64,000 nt of DNA from an uncultured Bifidobacteriaceae bacterium. Its GTDB lineage: Bacteria; Actinomycetota; Thermoleophilia; Miltoncostaeales; Miltoncostaeaceae. Under the pieces are notes generated by a model, which was given only the letters and a program-made list of their open reading frames with translations, was not told the DNA's origin and made no database searches. This document shows, one piece after another, positions 9,153 to 17,796 of this stretch; positions within the stretch are counted from its first letter, which is position 1; each line of letters begins with the position of its first letter. The stretch spans positions 13,976-77,975 of the forward strand of contig CAYSVH010000013.1 of the NCBI GenBank assembly GCA_964434425.1, written 5' to 3'. The translations under genes were made by a program, and so were the position numbers.

Positions 9153-9848
9153 CTACAGGCCCACCGAGGGCAGCCACTCGTCGAGCATGGCCGTGGCGGC
9201 ATCGGTCAGTGCCGGGCCGAAACGCTCGGCATCCCGGCGGATCTCACGTACGTCGACGCCGGCCGTCTCGAGTTCGTGAGCGTGCCCGATCAGCCACCGT
9301 TCGATCCGCCTCCAGTCGGCCTCGATGTGGAACTGCAGGCCCAGTGAGGCGCCCCGCTGGAATGCCTGATTCGGGAAGCCCGGCGTCGAGGCCAGCGACG
9401 GGGTGTCGGCGGGGAGCGTGAACGTGTCGCCGTGCCAGTGCAGCACCGGGACATCGATCAGGTGCCGCAACGGCGTCCGCGCACCGGTCTCGGTGATGGT
9501 CAGCGGGCCGAACCCGATCTCCTTTCTCGGACCGCGCGTGACCTCGCCACCGAGGGCGGCGGCCATGAGCTGCGCGCCGAGGCAGACACCGATCGTCGGC
9601 TTACCGTCCGCATGACGCGTCTGGATCGCAGCGACCTCCTTGGTGAGGAACGGGTAGTGCTCCTCGTCGTCCGCCGATATCGGCGCGCCCAGGACCACCA
9701 GGAGGTCGGCCGCGACCGCGGTGTCCAGGGAGATGTCCGGGGCGTCCATGAAACGGACGGCAAACCCCCGCGCCACGAGCAGTGGCTCGAGGATTCCCAG
9801 GTCTTCGAACGTCACGTGCCGGATGGCCACGGCCGTGCGAGGTCCCAT
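9153..9848 (-). CDS. class I glutamine amidotransferase-like protein
   Basis: 'GKPTIGVCLGAQLMAAALGG' nucleophile-elbow Cys and 'LGLQFHIEAD' His/Glu. Start set at ATG 9848 ('MGPRTAVAIRHVTFEDLG'); the ORF is open to 9980. Confidence 0.8.
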   Translation of the reverse strand: MGPRTAVAIRHVTFEDLGILEPLLVARGFAVRFMDAPDISLDTAVAADLLVVLGAPISADDEEHYPFLTKEVAAIQTRHADGKPTIGVCLGAQLMAAALGGEVTRGPRKEIGFGPLTITETGARTPLRHLIDVPVLHWHGDTFTLPADTPSLASTPGFPNQAFQRGASLGLQFHIEADWRRIERWLIGHAHELETAGVDVREIRRDAERFGPALTDAATAMLDEWLPSVGL

Positions 9849-9983
9849 CGTGCTCAACTGCGTCTGGCCTCCCGGTGCAGGTTCCTGTCTCCGCACAGGC
9901 GGCTCCATGGAGTCCGTGTGGTCGCGTGACCCTACCGAACCGAGTGCTCGCGGACTCGGCCGACGGGACGCGGTCGTCACCGG

Positions 9984-10865
9984 TTAGCGGCTGCGCTCGC
10001 CGGTCGTCTCGTCCGCCCCCGCATCGGACACCCACGCGCGTGGTGATCGTCCGAGCCGCTGGGTGAAGGCCCGGCTGAACGCGGAGGGGCTCGAGTACCC
10101 CAGCTCCGAGGCCGTCGTCGCCACCGGCGCACCCTGGCGCAGCCGCTCCTGCGCCACCGTCAGCCGCCAGTCGGTCACGTACTCGGCGGGAGGCTGTCCG
10201 ACGACGTCGCGAAACCGCGCGGCGAACGTGCTGCGCGACATGTTCGCGTGGCGGGCCATGGCGGCGAGCGTCCAATCCCCTCCGGGCTCCTCGTGGATGG
10301 CGATGAGCGTGGGCGCCAGGCGTTCATCGGACAGCCCCGGCAGCAGGCCGGCCGGAAGGCCGAGGTCCGACGTGTGGTCGACCATCCAGCGAAACAGCTG
10401 GATCAGGACAACCTCGAAGAGCCGGTCGGCGATGACCCGGCGGCCGCAGCGCACGTTGTCGATCTCGCCGAAGAGAAGATCGAGCGCCGGCCGTAGTGTC
10501 GCCACCGCATCGAGCGGCAGGATGATCACCGGTGGCAGGGTGCGCACCAGGGGGTGGGTGGAGCCGCCCTCGAAGTCCAGGGTGGCACAGGCGAAGTCGG
10601 AGTCCTCTACGGGTGCGTTGTGAAAGGCGTGCTCCAACGGACGTGGGTAGAGGAGCAGGCTGGGGTCCTCCACGGCCACGTGCTCCAGCCGGCCGCTCGT
10701 TCCCACGTGCGTGACCGTCATCTCGCCCTCACGTAGGACGTGGAGGAAACCCCGACCGGGCTCGGCGGCCAGGGTGGTCACACCGCACAGGGGGCCCGAA
10801 TGAAAAAGACGCGTGCGCACCCGGAATCGCTCCAGGAGCGGCGAGATGCGGTCGAGCGGCGGCAT
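9984..10865 (-). CDS. AraC-family transcriptional regulator with N-terminal cupin-type sensor domain
   Basis: 293 aa. N-terminal 'ISPLLERFRVRTRLFHSGPLCG' (cupin_6 AraC type). C-terminal 'AAMARHANMSRSTFAARFRDVVGQPPAEYVTDWRLTVAQERL...ELGYSSPSAFSRAF'. Confidence 0.85.
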   Translation of the reverse strand: MPPLDRISPLLERFRVRTRLFHSGPLCGVTTLAAEPGRGFLHVLREGEMTVTHVGTSGRLEHVAVEDPSLLLYPRPLEHAFHNAPVEDSDFACATLDFEGGSTHPLVRTLPPVIILPLDAVATLRPALDLLFGEIDNVRCGRRVIADRLFEVVLIQLFRWMVDHTSDLGLPAGLLPGLSDERLAPTLIAIHEEPGGDWTLAAMARHANMSRSTFAARFRDVVGQPPAEYVTDWRLTVAQERLRQGAPVATTASELGYSSPSAFSRAFTQRLGRSPRAWVSDAGADETTGERSR

Positions 10866-11004
10866 GACCGCAGAATGTCAGACGATTTGACAGATAGTCA
10901 AGACGATGCGCGGCGATACGTCCAGAAATGCGCGGCAGCATGGATGCACGTCACCCGGTCACCCCATCGACCGGCGATGCCAGCGAACACAAAGGAGCTT
11001 TCCC

Positions 11005-11556
11005 ATGTCTCATGTCCCACTCGTCGAGCCCGCAGCCGTCTCGGGCACCGTCAAGGATCAGCTGGACGCCATCAACGGTGCGTTCGGCGTCGTGCCCGCC
11101 ATGTTCCGCGTCGTCGCCAACTCGCCGGCCGCACTCTCCAGCATGTGGGGTTCGTTCGGTGCCCTCGGCGGCGGCACGATCGGTGCCGCGCTCGGCGAGC
11201 AGATCGCCGTCGCCATCGCGAACCGCAACTCGTGCACCTACTGCCTCTCGGCCCACACGGTCCTCGGCCAGAAGGCCGGCGTCAGCGCCGATGCGATGCG
11301 TGCCGCCCAGACCGGCGAGTCGGACGACCCGCGGACCGCGGCGGTACTGGCCTTCGCCCTGAAGGTCGTGGAGGAGCGCGGACAGGTGACGGGCGACGAC
11401 GTTCAGACCCTGCGCGAGCACGGGCTGAACGACGAGGAGATCGTCGAGATCATCGCCCACGTGGCTCTCAACCTCTTCACCAACTACATCAACGTCGCGC
11501 TGGACGTGCCGGTCGACTTCCCGGTGATCGCATTCCGGGAGCGCGCCGTCGCCTGA
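11005..11556 (+). CDS. carboxymuconolactone decarboxylase / AhpD-like family protein
   Basis: ATG at 11005 preceded by 'aaaggag'. 'IAVAIANRNSCTYCLSAHTVLG' contains the CxxC AhpD/CMD motif. Divergent from the AraC gene. Confidence 0.85.
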   Translation: MSHVPLVEPAAVSGTVKDQLDAINGAFGVVPAMFRVVANSPAALSSMWGSFGALGGGTIGAALGEQIAVAIANRNSCTYCLSAHTVLGQKAGVSADAMRAAQTGESDDPRTAAVLAFALKVVEERGQVTGDDVQTLREHGLNDEEIVEIIAHVALNLFTNYINVALDVPVDFPVIAFRERAVA

Positions 11557-11750
11557 CGGTGCCCCGGGGGTGAGGCTCGGACGATCGGGACCGAGCCCCC
11601 ACCCACCCCGGGAGTCGCGGTCCGGCGCCGCGCGATCGGGTTCGGGTGGGCGCCGTCATCACCGGACCGAGACGATGGCCCATGGCGATCGCGAGACGTG
11701 GTCGCGACCGACCCACTCGGAACGCGCCGCCGATCTCCGGCTTCGCGCGC

Positions 11751-11792
11751 GGTCAGGTGGGGTCGATCACCGGTGATCGACCCCACCTGACC
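11751..11792. repeat. 42-bp perfect palindrome (operator or bidirectional hairpin)
   Basis: GGTCAGGTGGGGTCGATCACC|GGTGATCGACCCCACCTGACC, 21+21 nt with no mismatch, 14 nt upstream of a TTGACA box. Confidence 0.85.
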
Positions 11793-11806
11793 GACTTGTC
11801 GGTTTC

Positions 11807-11836
11807 TTGACATTTGCAGGGGTGGGGTGTAGAGAT
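11807..11836 (+). promoter_or_regulatory. putative sigma-70-type promoter for the metallophosphoesterase gene (possibly a leaderless transcript)
   Basis: TTGACA (11807-11812), 17-nt spacer, TAGAGA(T) (11830-11836). The GTG at 11842 lies 6-7 nt downstream of the -10 box and has no SD. Confidence 0.35.
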
Positions 11837-11841
11837 CGCCC

Positions 11842-14800
11842 GTGAACGGATTCTGGATGTCGAAGCGACGAGATGCACGATGGCTCGCGCTCCTGGTGGT
11901 GGGACTGCTGGCCCTGGGACTCACCGGATTCGGCACGTCATTCGTCTCCGCGGAAGGAGGCGCACCGGGCGATACCGACCCGTTCACGCTGGTGGTGGTG
12001 CCCGACACGCAGAAGTACGCCCTCAGCCCGACGCTGCACCAGACTATCGGTGCACAGACCCAGTGGATCGTGGACCGGCGCAACGACCTGAACGTCAAGT
12101 TCGCGGTGCAGGTCGGTGACCTGGTCGAGAACTGGAACAACGCGACCGAGTGGGGGCGCGTCAGCGGTCACTTCCAGACCCTCGACACGGCCGCGCTCCC
12201 CTACGCCGTGCTCAGCGGGAACCACGACATGTCGCAGACCGGGCTCGCACCGCGCTTCGGCGAGTATTTCGGTCCGAGCCGCTTCGTGAACGCAGCGTGG
12301 AACTCGGAGAGCGTCCGTTACGGTGGGTACCTGGGGGACAACCAGTTCGGACCGGATCCGGTCGACCGGTTCAACCAGAACAACTACGCGCTCCTGACCG
12401 CGGGCGGGATGGATCTCCTCCTGCTCCAGCTCGAGTTCGAGTCGCCCGCGTACAGCCTGGCGTGGGCGCAGAAGGTCATCGACGCCCACCCGAACCGCCG
12501 GGTGATCGTCAGCACGCACGGGTTCATCCACACCGGCGGCAACCGTTCCAACACCGTCCTGCGCACCGACGGCAAGAGCGCCAACCAGGTCTGGGACGAG
12601 CTGATCTACCCGAACTGCAACGTGTTCATGGTCCTCAACGGGCACTGGCACGACGGTGACATCGGTGAGGCACGGCGAACCGACGCCAACGCGTGCGGGA
12701 CACCGGTGCACCAGATCCTCACCAACTACCAGAGCCGGGCGAACGGCGGCAACGGCTGGTTGCGCTACTACACTTTCGTCCCGGACCAGAACCGGATCGA
12801 GGCGTACACGTACTCGCCGACGCTCGGCACCTTCGAACAGGACGCCTCCAGCCGGTTCGACCTCGACTACGACATGAGCGGTACCCGTCTGGAGGTCCCG
12901 CTCCGAGGCGGCGACACATGGCGGTATCGCTACAGCGCGGGCACCTGGCCCAGCGGATGGGCCGCCCCGGGGTTCAACGACTCGGCATGGGCGCAGGGAC
13001 GTGCGTCCCTCGGCTTCGGAACGCCGGCGCGAGCAACCGTCGTCGACGTGCCTCCACCGACGTCCAACCGCCCCCTGTCCATGCTCTTCCGCAAGACGTT
13101 CACCGTCGACAACCCCGCCGAGTTGAGTCAGGTCAGAGTCATCACCCGGGCCGACGACGGCATCTCGGTGCGCGTCAACGGGCAGGAGATCGGCCGCCGG
13201 AATCTGCCGACCGGAACCATCAGCCACGCCACCTACGCCACACTCGCACCCAGGACGCACGACGCGACCGGCACTCCGACCGTCTTCGACGTGCCCGACG
13301 GTCTCCTCGTCAACGGCCAGAACGTCATCGCGGTATCGACACATCTGAACTACACGGCGACTCCGGACATCAGCTTCGACGCGACGATCACGGCGATCCG
13401 TGAAGGAGACGGCGGGCCTGTGGTTCCGGCGGCTCCGGTTGTGAGTGGTGGGGTTGAGGGGAACTCGGCGGTGGTGTCGTGGTCACCGGGTGACGGGGCT
13501 GCGCTGTCGGGCTTCGAGGTCTTTCGTGACGGCGTTCGTGTCGCTCAGCCGGGTCCGGCGGTGCGCGAGTATGTGGACTCCTCGGTGGTCCCGGGTGAGC
13601 AGTACCAGTACGGGGTTGTCGCCGTGGGTGCGGGCGGGCTGCGTTCTGAGGTGGCGACGACGGTCGTTCAGGTTCCGGGTGGTGGACCGGGTGTGCCGGA
13701 GGATGTGGTGTTGGTGGCGGAGGGTGTGCAGTGGCGGTGGTTGTTTTCGTCGTCGGCGTGGCCGTCGGGTTGGACGGGTGTGGGTTTTGGTGATGGTTCG
13801 TGGTCGTCGGGGTTGGCTCCGTTGGGTTGGGGTCATGCGTCGATCGCGACGAATATCGATGTGCCGCCGCCGACGTCGAATCGGCCGCGTACGGCGTTGT
13901 TCCGGCGTTCGTTCTCGGTGGTTCGGCCGGGTGAGTTGTCGTCGGTTCGGGTTGTGACGCGTGCGGATGATGGTGTGGCGGTGTGGGTGAACGGCACCGA
14001 GGTGGGGCGTGCCGGGCTTCCGTCGGGGGCGTTGTCGAATCAGACGTATGCGGTTGCGGCGCCGAGGACTCCGGCGGCGATCGCTGCGCCGGTGTCGTTT
14101 GATGTTCCCGTGTCGCTTCTGCGGGAGGGTGAGAACGTGATCGCGGTGTCGGTGCATCACAACTACCGCGGTACCCCCGACATCAGTTTCGACGCCACCA
14201 TCACCGCCGTCCGCACACCCGTCGGCGGGCCTGTGGTTCCGGCGGCTCCGGTTGTGAGTGGTGGGGTTGAGGGGGGTTCGGCGGTGGTGTCGTGGTCACC
14301 GGGTGACGGGGCTGCGCTGTCGGGCTTCGAGGTCTTTCGTGACGGCGTTCGTGTCGCTCAGCCGGGTCCGGCGGTGCGCGAGTATGTGGACTCCTCGGTG
14401 GTCCCGGGTGAGCAGTACCAGTACGGGGTTGTCGCCGTGGGTGCGGGCGGGCTGCGTTCTGAGGTGGCGACGACGGTCGTTCAGGTTCCGGGTGGTGGAC
14501 CGGGTGTGCCGGAGGATGTGGTGTTGGTGGCGGAGGGTGTGCAGTGGCGGTGGTTGTTTTCGTCGTCGGCGTGGCCGTCGGGTTGGACGGGTGTGGGTTT
14601 TGGTGATGGTTCGTGGTCGTCGGGGTTGGCTCCGTTGGGTTGGGGTCATGCGTCGATCGCGACGAATATCGATGTGCCGCCGCCGACGTCGAATCGGCCG
14701 CGTACGGCGTTGTTCCGGCGTTCGTTCTCGGTGGTTCGGCCGGGTGAGTTGTCGTCGGTTCGGGTTGTGACGCGTGCGGATGATGGTGTGGCGGTGTGGG

Positions 14801-15042
14801 TGAACGGCACCGAGGTGGGGCGTGCCGGGCTTCCGTCGGGGGCGTTGTCGAATCAGACGTATGCGGTTGCGGCGCCGAGGACTCCGGCGGCGATCGCTGC
14901 GCCGGTGTCGTTTGATGTTCCCGTGTCGCTTCTGCGGGAGGGTGAGAACGTGATCGCGGTGTCGGTGCATCACAACTACCGCGGTACCCCCGACATCAGT
15001 TTCGACGCGACCATCACCGCCGTCCGCACACCCGCCGGATGA
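11842..15042 (+). CDS. secreted calcineurin-like metallophosphoesterase with three jelly-roll (CBM-like) domains and two Fn3 domains
   Basis: Signal peptide 'WLALLVVGLLALGLTGFGTSFVSAEG'. Phosphoesterase motifs 'VVVPDTQKY', 'VGDLVENWN', 'LSGNHD', 'LNGHWHDG'. Three copies of 'W(R)Y...WPSGW...F.DS.W..G...LG(F/W)G' modules and two 'SW.PGDGAALSGFEVFRDG' Fn3 modules. Alternative ATG at 11857. Confidence 0.85.
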   Translation: MNGFWMSKRRDARWLALLVVGLLALGLTGFGTSFVSAEGGAPGDTDPFTLVVVPDTQKYALSPTLHQTIGAQTQWIVDRRNDLNVKFAVQVGDLVENWNNATEWGRVSGHFQTLDTAALPYAVLSGNHDMSQTGLAPRFGEYFGPSRFVNAAWNSESVRYGGYLGDNQFGPDPVDRFNQNNYALLTAGGMDLLLLQLEFESPAYSLAWAQKVIDAHPNRRVIVSTHGFIHTGGNRSNTVLRTDGKSANQVWDELIYPNCNVFMVLNGHWHDGDIGEARRTDANACGTPVHQILTNYQSRANGGNGWLRYYTFVPDQNRIEAYTYSPTLGTFEQDASSRFDLDYDMSGTRLEVPLRGGDTWRYRYSAGTWPSGWAAPGFNDSAWAQGRASLGFGTPARATVVDVPPPTSNRPLSMLFRKTFTVDNPAELSQVRVITRADDGISVRVNGQEIGRRNLPTGTISHATYATLAPRTHDATGTPTVFDVPDGLLVNGQNVIAVSTHLNYTATPDISFDATITAIREGDGGPVVPAAPVVSGGVEGNSAVVSWSPGDGAALSGFEVFRDGVRVAQPGPAVREYVDSSVVPGEQYQYGVVAVGAGGLRSEVATTVVQVPGGGPGVPEDVVLVAEGVQWRWLFSSSAWPSGWTGVGFGDGSWSSGLAPLGWGHASIATNIDVPPPTSNRPRTALFRRSFSVVRPGELSSVRVVTRADDGVAVWVNGTEVGRAGLPSGALSNQTYAVAAPRTPAAIAAPVSFDVPVSLLREGENVIAVSVHHNYRGTPDISFDATITAVRTPVGGPVVPAAPVVSGGVEGGSAVVSWSPGDGAALSGFEVFRDGVRVAQPGPAVREYVDSSVVPGEQYQYGVVAVGAGGLRSEVATTVVQVPGGGPGVPEDVVLVAEGVQWRWLFSSSAWPSGWTGVGFGDGSWSSGLAPLGWGHASIATNIDVPPPTSNRPRTALFRRSFSVVRPGELSSVRVVTRADDGVAVWVNGTEVGRAGLPSGALSNQTYAVAAPRTPAAIAAPVSFDVPVSLLREGENVIAVSVHHNYRGTPDISFDATITAVRTPAG
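13411..15034 (+). repeat. in-frame head-to-tail tandem duplication, 2 x 813 bp (271 codons each)
   Basis: 13411-14223 and 14224-15034 differ only at 13462-13464 (AAC vs GGT) and 14196 (C vs G at 15009). Out-of-frame ORFs 13445-13957/14258-14770 and 13483-14160/14296-14973 are identical or differ by 1 aa. Confidence 0.95.
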
Positions 15043-15172
15043 TCACCTGACGCGTGTCGTGCGGTCTGCTGCGGCTGTCGCGTCACGGTCGTCGACCTGA
15101 ACCTGCGCCACAGCGTCGGCGGACCGGGTCGCGGGGTGGCGCCCGGCCTCCCTCTCCGGGCGCCCGGCCAGC

Positions 15173-15574
15173 TCAGATGACGTCGGGCGGTTCGGTCTCC
15201 GGGTTCAATGAGAAGTGGGTGTGGACGGCGAGCAGACCGTGCGGTGATCCCTGGTCCCGTCGCAGCACGACGGTGCAGCGACCCCGCCGGTCGAAGGTCG
15301 AGCCGTCGGGACGGACACCATCGGACCTCCACCGGGTCGCCAGCACCACGAGGGTGCCGTCGGCTGCCGCCTCCACCGTGAGCGTGCCCGCGATCGCCGA
15401 GAACCCCCGCGTCGTGGTCCACGTCGGGTGCCACTGCCGGGTCGCCAGGTCGTCGAGGTCGGCCAGGTGCTCGGCCCGGGTGCCGAACGATGAGCAGGCG
15501 GGGTCGAAGAGCCGGCGTCCGGATGCGATGTCCTGAGTTCTGACACAGGCTGCGAAGTCGTCGAACCACGCCAT
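15173..15574 (-). CDS. SnoaL-like / NTF2-fold (DUF4440-like) protein
   Basis: 133 aa from ATG 15574 ('MAWFDDFAACVRTQDIASGRRLFDP...'); size and pattern fit the NTF2-like fold. An alternative GTG at 15619 overlaps the upstream stop (GTGA). Confidence 0.6.
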   Translation of the reverse strand: MAWFDDFAACVRTQDIASGRRLFDPACSSFGTRAEHLADLDDLATRQWHPTWTTTRGFSAIAGTLTVEAAADGTLVVLATRWRSDGVRPDGSTFDRRGRCTVVLRRDQGSPHGLLAVHTHFSLNPETEPPDVI

Positions 15575-15615
15575 GGCCGCGACCGACGCCGCGGCGGAAT
15601 CCCCGCGCTCGGCCG

Positions 15616-16743
15616 TCACGGCTGCATCTCCTCGCCGACGGTGGCGAGAGCGATCCTGAAGGCTTCGACCAGATCGGTACGACCGCCCTCCGCCGCACGC
15701 GCTGCGACCCTCCGCGCGACCCGGACGTTGTAGGCGTCCTTGAGCGGAACTGCCGCGATGTCGTCCATCGACGCCCGGACCTCGAACGCGGCGGGCTCTT
15801 CGACGCCCTCGACCCAGAAGCAGGCCTGGGTCACGGCGCACTTGAAGCAGCGACCGCAGTTCCGATCGAGCCTCTCACCCTGCCAGCAGACCCGCAGGTC
15901 CCGGGTGGCCACCGGGACGTTCGCCAGGGCGGCGACCTTGTCGAGCTTGTCGAAGGCGGCACCCTCGTGCCACAGCGGACGGGACGTCGACCCGAGAAGT
16001 GGGTCGGTCTGAGGGGTCGAGCCCCAGCGCGGGATGGGCTGGTCATAGGGGTAGCTGGAGGGCACGACCGTGCGCGCGAACCACTGCTCCAGGCACGACA
16101 GGGCGAAGGCGAGCCAGATGCCGTGGACCTGGTGCCCCCAGTCGCAGCCGGTGGCGGCTTCCAGCCTCCGGACGTCGGTGTGGAGCGCGTAGGCGTCCAT
16201 CCCGAACGACCCCAGCATCCGCCGGGAGCGGGCGAAGGCCGATCCGAAGGTGGCCGTCTGGGCCGCGTTGATGTCGAACCCGTGGACCATGAGACCCGCG
16301 GTCAGGTCGGCCCGGCGATGCGCCCCGGCCGGCGCGCCCCGGTGGCCGCGGGCGGCGGTGAAACAGCTGTCGACGCCGCCGGAGAAGGCGGTGAGGCCTC
16401 CCGCTCCGGGTGGTGGCGGAACCTCGGCTCGATAGGGCGCGGTGATCGGAACCGCGTTGAGCTCGGGGTAGAGGGAGGCCATGGCCTCCTGCCACTCGGC
16501 GATCCCCGCCGCGGTACCCGGGTCGATGGGACCTGTGAGGTGGACGGGGTGGCCCGCGATCATCGCCGGCACGAGGAACGCGAGGAGGAAGGGACGCACG
16601 GAGGGGACGAACCCGGCCGGGTCGGGGCAGGCGAACGTCACCCGGACGGAATGGCGTTCGCCGTCGGTCTCCATCCATCCGGACCACTTGACGTGGTCGT
16701 CGTCTGTGACTGGGTCGTCGTACCCGATGTGTGTAACTGACAC
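15616..16743 (-). CDS. PP-loop ATP pyrophosphatase superfamily protein (QueC-like C-terminal Cys cluster), function unknown
   Basis: GTG at 16743 preceded by GGAG. 'LTAFSGGVDSCFTA' is the SGGxDS PP-loop. C-terminal 'RVCWQGERLDRNCGRCFKCAVTQAC'. About 125-aa N-terminal domain of unknown type. Confidence 0.7.
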   Translation of the reverse strand: MSVTHIGYDDPVTDDDHVKWSGWMETDGERHSVRVTFACPDPAGFVPSVRPFLLAFLVPAMIAGHPVHLTGPIDPGTAAGIAEWQEAMASLYPELNAVPITAPYRAEVPPPPGAGGLTAFSGGVDSCFTAARGHRGAPAGAHRRADLTAGLMVHGFDINAAQTATFGSAFARSRRMLGSFGMDAYALHTDVRRLEAATGCDWGHQVHGIWLAFALSCLEQWFARTVVPSSYPYDQPIPRWGSTPQTDPLLGSTSRPLWHEGAAFDKLDKVAALANVPVATRDLRVCWQGERLDRNCGRCFKCAVTQACFWVEGVEEPAAFEVRASMDDIAAVPLKDAYNVRVARRVAARAAEGGRTDLVEAFRIALATVGEEMQP

Positions 16744-17119
16744 TCTGCTCCGATCTGTCGCGCGTATCACGCCTGCCACCGACGATCGTACGGATTGCCG
16801 TCCAGATTCGGCTGAACGTGTCGGTCCGCACCGGCGACGTCGGTCCTCCACCGCTGAGGCGTCCGTCTCAGCGAACGCTGCGTGTTTCGCCCCCGCCCGC
16901 CCCCCGGCGTGCGGACCATCCGCTCTGGGCGGGCAGGGGAGCGCCGTGCCGTCTCCCGGGCTCTCACACGACCCGGCCGGAACCCGGTGTCCACCCGTCG
17001 TGCACCGGGTTCCGGCGGTATTCATGAACGCGGCGAACCCGATTCAATAATCTAACCCTGAATGGAAAAAGCATCCGGCTCGCCCTATCGCGGCCGGACC
17101 TGCAGAAGGGGCGTCCCCC

Positions 17120-17347
17120 ATGGACCCGTGGCTCACCTCGCTCATCACTCCCGGCCCCCAGGAGGGGTTCGAGCTCGCCATCACGCTCGCGCGCAAGGGC
17201 GTCGGGTACACACAGCCGTCGGCCGAGGTGCGCACGCGCCTGCGACCCGAGTACGCGGAGAACGCCGACAGCCTCACCGCCGCCTCGCAGGTCATCGCGA
17301 TTCACTTCCAGACCATCGCGGCGGCCAACGGCTACTGGACGTCGTAG
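17120..17347 (+). CDS. hypothetical small protein (75 aa)
   Basis: Strong C/G third-position bias throughout. ATG follows an AT-rich patch (17030-17075). No family recognised; could be a gene fragment. Confidence 0.4.
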   Translation: MDPWLTSLITPGPQEGFELAITLARKGVGYTQPSAEVRTRLRPEYAENADSLTAASQVIAIHFQTIAAANGYWTS

Positions 17348-17796
17348 GACCCGCGCGGACGACCGTGGCGGGGCGTGGCCGATCGGCGGGTATGGGTTTG
17401 AGGAATGCGATCACGGAGGCGGCGCGATGACATCGCCGCCGCCAGCTGCACGTGAGCGGCGGCCGGCTTCCCTCCGCTCCCCGCGCTCGGAAGCCGCTCC
17501 GGCCGCGGACGGAGGTGACGCTGTTGTCGACGTCGGCGGAGAACGACGCTCTGACGGTATCGGGGTCCGGCAGCCGGTAGATCTCACCTGCCGCGGACGT
17601 TACGTCGGCGACGGGTCGTCATCGCGTGCCGACACGTACCGGCCGTTCCGACTCGGCACCGGCTTGACGCGGATGGTGGTGCCGGGAGACAGTGACGCGA
17701 TGCGCGCTGGGGTGAGGCACTCGCGGACCGTTCCCCGGGTGACGAAGCCGTTGTCGTCAACGTCGACCATGATCTGGGTGTCGAGACCGCACCGGC

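Noticed and set aside
13483-14973. Two identical 225-aa Arg-rich antisense ORFs and two 170-aa sense out-of-frame ORFs in the phosphoesterase gene
   Set aside because: They are shadows of the duplicated, G/T-skewed coding block. The composition (poly-Arg/His/Thr/Pro) is not protein-like, and the in-frame product has clear domain homology.
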